From an uncultured Bacteroidota bacterium (GTDB lineage Bacteria; Bacteroidota; Bacteroidia; Bacteroidales; VadinHA17): 42,300 bases of DNA. The stretch covers positions 1 through 42,300 of the forward strand of contig CAIPJU010000380.1 of NCBI GenBank assembly GCA_903865465.1. Direction: 5' to 3'. Positions 36,164 to 42,300 of this stretch are shown here, in pieces; the stretch's first letter is position 1; each line of letters opens with the position of its first letter. The position numbers and the translations under genes are program-made. The notes beneath the pieces were generated by a model. It was not told the origin of the DNA and did no database searches. It saw nothing but the letters and a program-made list of their open reading frames with translations.

Positions 36164-37453
36164 TTAAAGGCTCCAGTATGTATGATTTTTGATTTTACCT
36201 CTTAATATACCCTTTACATCGACTATAATTCCATCGTTGTTCATCAGTGAAGCAAAATAAGCTTCATCGAGCATCAGATATTCCCTGTGGCTGACCGCAA
36301 CGATAATTGCATCATATTTTCCCGAAGGCTGATCTTTCATCTCAATCCCGTATTCTTCTTTCACCTCGTGTTTTCCGGCTCCGGGATCAATAACATCAAC
36401 GATAATTCCAAAATCGTCGAGTTCACTTATAATATCAACAACCTTTGAGTTACGTATGTCGGTAACATCTTCCTTAAAAGTAATTCCCATCATAAGTACG
36501 CGTGAGCCTTTAATATTTTTACCCGCAGCAATGATCTTTTTAACAGTCTGTTTGCCAATATATCTTCCCATGCTGTCGTTCACAAATCTTCCCGAATCGA
36601 TCATCTGGGGATGATATCCGATGGCTTTTGCCTTATACGAGAGGTAATATGGATCGACACCGATACAATGTCCTCCAACCAGTCCAGGGAAGAATTTCAG
36701 GAAGTTCCATTTGGTGCCGGCAGCTTCAAGTACTTCAAAAGTATTGATTCCCATTCTGTTAAATATTATAGAAAGCTCATTCATGAATGCGATATTAATA
36801 TCGCGCTGTGTATTTTCAATGATCTTTGCAGCCTCGGCGACTTTTATTGAGCTGGCCCTGTGAACGCCGGCTTTGATAATCAATTCATAGACCCTGGCAA
36901 TTGTCTCGGAAGCTTCAGCATCGCAGCCGCTGGTTACCTTAACAATTTTTGTAAGGGTATGATTGGTATCACCGGGGTTTATCCTCTCGGGCGAGAAGCC
37001 AACCTTGAAATCGATACCGCATTTAAGTTCCGAAAATCTTTCGAGAACCGGAATACAGTCCTCTTCGGTACATCCAGGATAAACCGTTGATTCATAAACA
37101 ACATAATCTCCTTTCTTAAGAATCTTACCCACGGTTTCAGAAGCCTTAAGCACCGGTGTGAGATCGGGAAGGTTATGCCGGTCAGTAGGTGTCGGTACTG
37201 CTATGATATGAAAGGAAGCTTCTTTCAGATCAGCTGGATTGCTTGTGAACAGAATGTCAGTGTTCCTGAAAGCTTCAGAGGTAAGTTCGTTGCTGGGGTC
37301 AATGCCCTTGTTCATTAGTTCGACACGGTCGGGTTTGATATCAAAACCAACAACTTTAATTTGCTTTGCAAATTCGAGGGCAATCGGTAGCCCCACGTAT
37401 CCGAGTCCGATGAGAGACAGTTTTGTCTCCTTGTTAATCAGCTTATTATACAT
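36164..37453 (-). CDS. wbpA: UDP-N-acetyl-sugar 6-dehydrogenase (WbpA/TviB/WecC family)
   Basis: 429 aa with the NAD motif IGLGYVGLP and the catalytic Cys context GGHCIGVDP. The wbpA label is contextual, based on adjacency to WbpB/D/E-like genes. Confidence 0.8.
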   Translation of the reverse strand: MYNKLINKETKLSLIGLGYVGLPIALEFAKQIKVVGFDIKPDRVELMNKGIDPSNELTSEAFRNTDILFTSNPADLKEASFHIIAVPTPTDRHNLPDLTPVLKASETVGKILKKGDYVVYESTVYPGCTEEDCIPVLERFSELKCGIDFKVGFSPERINPGDTNHTLTKIVKVTSGCDAEASETIARVYELIIKAGVHRASSIKVAEAAKIIENTQRDINIAFMNELSIIFNRMGINTFEVLEAAGTKWNFLKFFPGLVGGHCIGVDPYYLSYKAKAIGYHPQMIDSGRFVNDSMGRYIGKQTVKKIIAAGKNIKGSRVLMMGITFKEDVTDIRNSKVVDIISELDDFGIIVDVIDPGAGKHEVKEEYGIEMKDQPSGKYDAIIVAVSHREYLMLDEAYFASLMNNDGIIVDVKGILRGKIKNHTYWSL

Positions 37454-38412
37454 TACAATATTGATTTTAAGAATGGGTGATAATCTCCATGTGCTCCTTC
37501 AGGTTGTGAATTTCTAATAAGGTAAGCTGTTTCTACAGACTGGCGTGCATCATTAAGCCCGAATCCCTTTCCCTCCAGTATCTTTCTGTATGTATCAGTA
37601 TGCAGTTCGGTAAAGCCTTCGCTGAACTCGAAGTCTTCACCATCCACCTTAATTGAACGATAGGTTCTTTTTCCGCTTCTCTTTACCAAATCGGGTATAT
37701 CGTTATAATCGATACTGAGGAACCATCTTACACGTGCGTTTTCCAGCTGGAGGAATCCGGCTGCCTTGTCCCTTTCGCTTAAATGAACTGTGCTTTTCTT
37801 GGTGTCTCCAAAGATCCATGAGAGCATGTCAAAGAAGTGAATGCCGATATTTGTTGCGATGCCGCCCGACTTTTGAATATCTCCTTTCCATGATATATAG
37901 TACCAGTTCCCACGGCTGGTAATGTATGTAAGATCTATGTCCCATATTTTATTTTTGGGTCCGCTTTTGATCTTTTCGCGCAGCTCAATGATTTTCGGAT
38001 GAAGACGAAGCTGGAGTACTGTATATATATTTCTTCCGGTCTCTCTTTCAATCTGTTGCAGGGCCTCAACATTCCAAGGATTAAGGACCAGCGGTTTTTC
38101 GCATATAGCATCGGCCTGATGCCTTAATGCAAATCTTATATGTGAATCGTGAAGGTAATTCGGAGAACAGATGCTTACATAATCAATCCGGGTACCGGTT
38201 CTTTTGAGTTTATCGAAATGCCTGTCGAAACGTTCAAATTCAACAAAGAAATCACTGTTGGGAAAGTAACTGTCGATACGTCCAACACTGTCGAATTTAT
38301 CAAGACTGGCAAGAAGGTTGTTTCCCGTCTCCTTAATAGCATGAAGATGCCTTACGGCAATATACCCCGCCACACCAACCATACCGAAATTTTTCGGATT
38401 TTCAATATTCAT
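37453..38412 (-). CDS. wbpB: Gfo/Idh/MocA oxidoreductase, WbpB-like (UDP-GlcNAcA 3-dehydrogenase)
   Basis: 319 aa with an N-terminal Rossmann fold and the EKPL motif (AICEKPLVLN). Size and neighbourhood match WbpB. It overlaps the downstream gene by 1 nt. Confidence 0.75.
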   Translation of the reverse strand: MNIENPKNFGMVGVAGYIAVRHLHAIKETGNNLLASLDKFDSVGRIDSYFPNSDFFVEFERFDRHFDKLKRTGTRIDYVSICSPNYLHDSHIRFALRHQADAICEKPLVLNPWNVEALQQIERETGRNIYTVLQLRLHPKIIELREKIKSGPKNKIWDIDLTYITSRGNWYYISWKGDIQKSGGIATNIGIHFFDMLSWIFGDTKKSTVHLSERDKAAGFLQLENARVRWFLSIDYNDIPDLVKRSGKRTYRSIKVDGEDFEFSEGFTELHTDTYRKILEGKGFGLNDARQSVETAYLIRNSQPEGAHGDYHPFLKSIL

Positions 38413-38436
38413 AAAATGGATATAATAATTATAAAA

Positions 38437-39018
38437 CTACAAATTTATTTTCAGAACATTGCCATTCTCAAGTTTATATCTTTCACCGCTTTCGGGGCAG
38501 GAGGCGAATCCGTTTTCATCAAATTTAAGTTTATGACCGAACTCGCTCATCCAGCCTGTCTGCCTGGCAGGATTGCCAACCACCAGTGAATAGGGTTTTA
38601 CATATTTTGTAACTACGGCTCCGGCTCCGATAAAGGCAAATTCTCCGATATCATTACCGCAAACAATTGTTGCGTTGGCACCAATTGAAGCTCCTCTCCC
38701 TACTTTCGTTACAAGATAGCTCTCCCTCCTTATAACAGCGCTGCGGGGGTTTATTATGTTGGTGAAAACCATTGAAGGTCCGAGAAATACATCATCCCCG
38801 CATGTCACCCCGGTATAAATAGAAACATTGTTCTGCACCTTAACATTCCTTCCGAGTGTTACCCCAGGAGAGATCACAACATTCTGGCCTATATTGCAGT
38901 TTTCACCAATATCACAACCTGACATTATATGGCTGAAATGCCAGATTTTTGTTCCCTTTCCTATTTTGCAGCCATCGTCGATAACGGCAGATTCGTGCGA
39001 CTGATACTCCTTTTCCAT
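38437..39018 (-). CDS. wbpD: Hexapeptide-repeat N-acetyltransferase, WbpD-like
   Basis: 193 aa with left-handed beta-helix hexapeptide repeats throughout (IGKGTKI, IGENCNI, LGRNVKV, IGANATI). Confidence 0.75.
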   Translation of the reverse strand: MEKEYQSHESAVIDDGCKIGKGTKIWHFSHIMSGCDIGENCNIGQNVVISPGVTLGRNVKVQNNVSIYTGVTCGDDVFLGPSMVFTNIINPRSAVIRRESYLVTKVGRGASIGANATIVCGNDIGEFAFIGAGAVVTKYVKPYSLVVGNPARQTGWMSEFGHKLKFDENGFASCPESGERYKLENGNVLKINL

Positions 39019-39019
39019 T

Positions 39020-40150
39020 TTATTTGCTGAAAAAACTTAAGACATTGCTAATTATATATTCGAGCTGCTCATCTTCCATGTCGGGGTGCATGGGAAGCGA
39101 AAGAACCTCTTTGCAGAGAAGGCTTGTAACAGGGAATGCATCTTCACTGTATCCCAGCGATTTGTAAGCTTCCTGCAGATGAAGAGGCCCCGGATAGTAT
39201 ATCATCGAAGGGATCTTTTTAGATTCAAGATATTTCTTCAGTTCATCTCTTTTTCCTGCATCTGTTTTCAGTGTATACTGATGGAAAATATGGCTGGAGA
39301 ATGGTGATCTTTCAGGGACAGTCAGGGATGGGCATGTTGCAAAGGCTTTATCGTAACGGTCAGCTGCAGATCTTCTTGCTTCATTGAATTCATCAAGATA
39401 CTTAAGTTTCACCCGCAGTATTGCAGCCTGAATTGTATCAAGCCGCGAATTGATTCCTATATCATCGTGATGGTACCTGACCTTCATTCCATGGTTTGAA
39501 ATACTTCTGAGTTTTCGGGCAATGGCTTCATCATTTGTATAGAGAGCCCCGCCGTCGCCATAGCAACCGAGATTTTTTGACGGGAAGAATGAGGTGGTGC
39601 CTATATGACCGATTGTCCCGGCTTTCTTCTTTGAACCATTGCGAAAGATGTAATCAGCGCCAGTTGCCTGAGCTGCATCCTCAACAACAAAGAGATTATG
39701 TTTCCATGCCAGTTCCATAATGCTTTCCATATCAGCGCACTGACCGAAAAGATGAACCGGTACTATAGCCCTGGTCCTTGGTGTAATGGCATTCTTTATA
39801 GCTTCAACCGATATATTGAAACTTCCGGGCTCGGGATCGACTATTACCAGCTTAAGGCCAAGCAGTGCAACTACCTCGACTGTGGCAATAAATGTGAAGT
39901 TGGTTGTAATCACTTCATCGCCGGGCTTAAGAGCCAGGGCCATAAGCGCCAGTTGCAGAGCATCAGTGCCATTGGCACAGGATACCACATGGCTTACTCC
40001 CATATATTCCTTAAGTTCCTCTTCTAAAAAGCCTACATCAGGACCCTTAATGAAAGCAGAGGATTCCATTACCGATATAACTGCAGAATCTATCTGAGGA
40101 CGAAGCTTTTGATACTGTGACTTCAGGTCAACCATCTGTATATCTCTCAT
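39020..40150 (-). CDS. wbpE: DegT/DnrJ/EryC1-family PLP aminotransferase, WbpE-like
   Basis: 376 aa with the PLP-lysine context [17 protein letters not shown] and FIKGPDV near the N-terminus. Confidence 0.8.
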   Translation of the reverse strand: MRDIQMVDLKSQYQKLRPQIDSAVISVMESSAFIKGPDVGFLEEELKEYMGVSHVVSCANGTDALQLALMALALKPGDEVITTNFTFIATVEVVALLGLKLVIVDPEPGSFNISVEAIKNAITPRTRAIVPVHLFGQCADMESIMELAWKHNLFVVEDAAQATGADYIFRNGSKKKAGTIGHIGTTSFFPSKNLGCYGDGGALYTNDEAIARKLRSISNHGMKVRYHHDDIGINSRLDTIQAAILRVKLKYLDEFNEARRSAADRYDKAFATCPSLTVPERSPFSSHIFHQYTLKTDAGKRDELKKYLESKKIPSMIYYPGPLHLQEAYKSLGYSEDAFPVTSLLCKEVLSLPMHPDMEDEQLEYIISNVLSFFSK

Positions 40151-40326
40151 ATAGGCAAATTTTTTAGGAAATGCGAATATAATGATTTTTTTCTACTTTT
40201 CTTTGAAATTCAACCATGGGAACTCCCAGAACTCTTACTGCCCAATGACTATTTTAATTTTTATCCGGGTTCTGTTAATTTGTTAAAATTTGAAGCTGAC
40301 CTTTACCCTTGACTTGCTTTTTTTCT

Positions 40327-40334
40327 TAAATTTG
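40327..40334 (+). promoter_or_regulatory. Candidate -7 promoter box for the SPOR-domain gene
   Basis: TAAATTTG matches TAnnTTTG and lies 21 nt upstream of the GTG at 40355. Confidence 0.45.
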
Positions 40335-40354
40335 TAAACATAAAAAACAACAGG

Positions 40355-41338
40355 GTGGATATTACTCCTTTTATACGAGAATTACTATTTGGTCACGATT
40401 GTGTTATTCTCCCGGAATTGGGCGGATTCATTGTTAATTATTCACCGGCACGTGTTGACAAGATCACAGGAACGTTTTTTCCCCCTTCACGGCAGGTATC
40501 CTTTAACAGGAATCTTAGCCATAATGATGGGCTTCTGATTGGGAAAATATCAGAATCTCTGAAAATAAATTACGTGGATGCAAGGAGAATAACAGCAGAA
40601 TTTACCTCTTCGGCAAGGAGAAAACTCGATAGGGGAGAGAAGGTTCTCTTCGATATGATTGGTGTTTTTTCGACTAACCATGAAGGTAATATCCAATTTG
40701 AACCCGACAGAAGCATAAATTATCACCTCGATTCATACGGACTCGATACCTTTCAGTTATTTCCGATCGAAGACTATGACGTAAGAAAGCGTATACTGAA
40801 AAGGGATCATGAGCCCTTTGCAGGAAATGGATCGATGAGGAAGATTATCAGGCGCGCTGCAATTATAATTCCACTGCTCGCTGTTCTTGTAGCTGTTCCC
40901 TTGAAAACGAATCTTTTCAAAACAAGGATTGACTCATCAACCCTCAATCCTCTTGTCACTGAGGAGTTCGAGCATAATAAGAAAGCTGTTGATGAGGTAG
41001 AAAAGAAAGAGGAATCTGCACCAGTTACAGTAGCTGCACCAATAACAGAGGCCCCAAAGCCTGTTGCAGAGAGAGCACCTTCAAAGCCAGAGGTTAAACC
41101 CGAAGTTAAGATCTCAGGTGGTTATTATCTGATTACCGGCAGTTTTAAAACTCAGGAAAATGCAATTAGTCAGGTTAATATGCTAAAGAAAGAAGGCTTT
41201 AATCCTGAGATATATACAACAGCAAATGGTTACTTCAGGGTATGTGCCATGGTCTGCACGGACATGACCATAGCCACAGACAAAAAGGAGAGCATTGCGA
41301 AACGTTACCCCGGTACCTGGGTTTCCAACAAGAGATAA
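40355..41338 (+). CDS. HU-like N-terminal domain / SPOR-domain membrane protein
   Basis: 327 aa, GTG start. The N-terminus LLFGHDCVILPELGGFIVNY is typical of Bacteroidota HU-CCDC81-like SPOR proteins. It has a central TM helix, a Pro/Glu/Lys-rich linker, and a C-terminal SPOR-like segment GGYYLITGSFKTQENA. Confidence 0.8.
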   Translation: MDITPFIRELLFGHDCVILPELGGFIVNYSPARVDKITGTFFPPSRQVSFNRNLSHNDGLLIGKISESLKINYVDARRITAEFTSSARRKLDRGEKVLFDMIGVFSTNHEGNIQFEPDRSINYHLDSYGLDTFQLFPIEDYDVRKRILKRDHEPFAGNGSMRKIIRRAAIIIPLLAVLVAVPLKTNLFKTRIDSSTLNPLVTEEFEHNKKAVDEVEKKEESAPVTVAAPITEAPKPVAERAPSKPEVKPEVKISGGYYLITGSFKTQENAISQVNMLKKEGFNPEIYTTANGYFRVCAMVCTDMTIATDKKESIAKRYPGTWVSNKR

Positions 41339-41348
41339 TCAGCTTTTT

Positions 41349-42299
41349 CTACTTGATAGTACTGCCGTTGCTCACCTTTTCTGAAGGTGTAACCATTACC
41401 AGTTTACCATCGCTGTTCTCGGCCATCAATATCATTCCCTGAGATTCTATCCCTTTTATCTTACGGGGTTCAAGATTTGCTATTATTGAAATCTGCCTGC
41501 CAATTATGTCACCCGGATTGTAATATTCGGCAATGCCGGAGACAATAGAACGGATATCAAGACCTGTATCAATTTTAAGCTTAAGCAGTTTAGTGGTCTT
41601 TGGAACTTTTTCAGCTTCCAGGATTGTAGCTGTTCGTATATCAAGTTTTGTAAAGTCGTCGAAGGTAACAGGTTCCTTGCCCGGCATTACCTTTGATGCC
41701 GCAGTGTCGTTAGCTTTTTTGGTAGCCAGAAGCTTGTCCGTCTGCCTGGCAATTGCATCATCTTCTATCTTTTCGAACAAGAGTCCGGGTTTGTTTATCA
41801 TATGGCCTTCAGGAAGCAGGTCATGCTTTCCGGCTTCATCCCAAGTCAGTTTGCCGAGATTGATCCATCCGCGAAGTTTTTCCATCGAAAAGGGAAGGAA
41901 GGGTTCGCAGATGACAGTTAGGTTAGCCGCTATCTGAAGAGAGATATTCATTATTGTTCTGACTCTCAGGGCATCAGTTTTTATTACTTTCCAGGGTTCT
42001 TCGTCAGCAAGGTATTTGTTTCCCAAGCGGGCAAGGTTCATGGCCTCCTTAAGGGCTTCACGGAACCTGAAGGCTTCGAGTGACTGTTCCACATTTCCCC
42101 TTATTCTTCCAATTTCAGCAAGCACTGCATCGTCGGTGGCAGTTGTGGTACCGATGGCGGGTACTTTGCCTTCGTAATAGTTATTTGTAAGAACCAGGGT
42201 CCTGTTGATAAAGTTACCAAGGATAGCCACAAGTTCATTGTTGTTGCGGGCCTGGAAATCCTTCCAGGTAAAATCATTGTCCTTGGTTTCAGGTGCACT
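41349..42299 (-). CDS. metG: Methionine--tRNA ligase, C-terminal part (5' end beyond the right window edge)
   Basis: The frame stays open upstream of the track's GTG at 42230. Hand translation to the edge gives [33 protein letters not shown], the MetRS anticodon-binding region. The C-terminal tRNA-binding (EMAP/Trbp111-like) domain is [27 protein letters not shown]. Confidence 0.92.
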   Translation of the reverse strand, partial: SAPETKDNDFTWKDFQARNNNELVAILGNFINRTLVLTNNYYEGKVPAIGTTTATDDAVLAEIGRIRGNVEQSLEAFRFREALKEAMNLARLGNKYLADEEPWKVIKTDALRVRTIMNISLQIAANLTVICEPFLPFSMEKLRGWINLGKLTWDEAGKHDLLPEGHMINKPGLLFEKIEDDAIARQTDKLLATKKANDTAASKVMPGKEPVTFDDFTKLDIRTATILEAEKVPKTTKLLKLKIDTGLDIRSIVSGIAEYYNPGDIIGRQISIIANLEPRKIKGIESQGMILMAENSDGKLVMVTPSEKVSNGSTIK

Positions 42300-42300
42300 G

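Noticed and set aside
35764-36192. 142-aa plus-strand ORF overlapping galE, and the similar 146-aa ORF at 38149-38589.
   Set aside because: Both are antisense to well-supported SDR and oxidoreductase/acetyltransferase genes in a tightly packed operon, and neither has a motif.
1-42300. Scan for tRNA/rRNA genes, CRISPR arrays, transposases, integrases, toxin-antitoxin pairs or known defence-system genes.
   Set aside because: None was seen. All non-coding gaps are 315 nt or shorter, no regularly spaced direct repeats exist, no GGTTCGAATCC-type T-arm sequences were spotted, and every long ORF is either housekeeping/envelope or in the uncharacterized module reported above.

Overview
The window is a gene-dense chromosomal segment from a Bacteroidota genome. 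This assignment rests on a porP-gldK-gldL-gldM-gldN type IX secretion (T9SS)/gliding operon, several TAnnTTTG -7 promoter boxes, and lineage-typical DUF4270-, DUF4834- and DUF4296-like proteins. About 35 CDS fill almost all of the sequence. Most are recognisable housekeeping or envelope genes: rbfA, trpS, a LolC/E-type permease, MlaE/MlaF, manC-like, topA, a class A PBP, radA, panC/panD, glmS, partial metG, and a six-gene nucleotide-sugar operon (WbpA/B/D/E-like plus galE and rfbB). I saw no tRNA, rRNA, CRISPR array, transposase, integrase or obvious defence genes. The best candidate for an undescribed system is the operon-like module at 4769-11294. It encodes an inner-membrane-anchored protein with a seven-fold C-terminal repeat, a 719-aa lipoprotein, a predicted outer-membrane barrel and a small membrane protein, and none of them has a function I can assign. 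It lies between Lol and Mla genes and a few kb from the T9SS core operon. Secondary oddities are listed below.
- A 91-nt nest of mutually exclusive palindromes sits between rbfA and trpS.
- An arginase-fold protein appears to have degenerate metal-ligand motifs.
- A half-length GT5 'glycogen synthase' lacks the KTGGL motif.
- A membrane-tethered methyltransferase is wedged into the rbfA-lolE operon.
- One partial CDS at the left edge (1-758, minus strand) is missing from the supplied ORF track and was found by hand translation.
All family assignments are by-eye motif recognition, and no searches were run.
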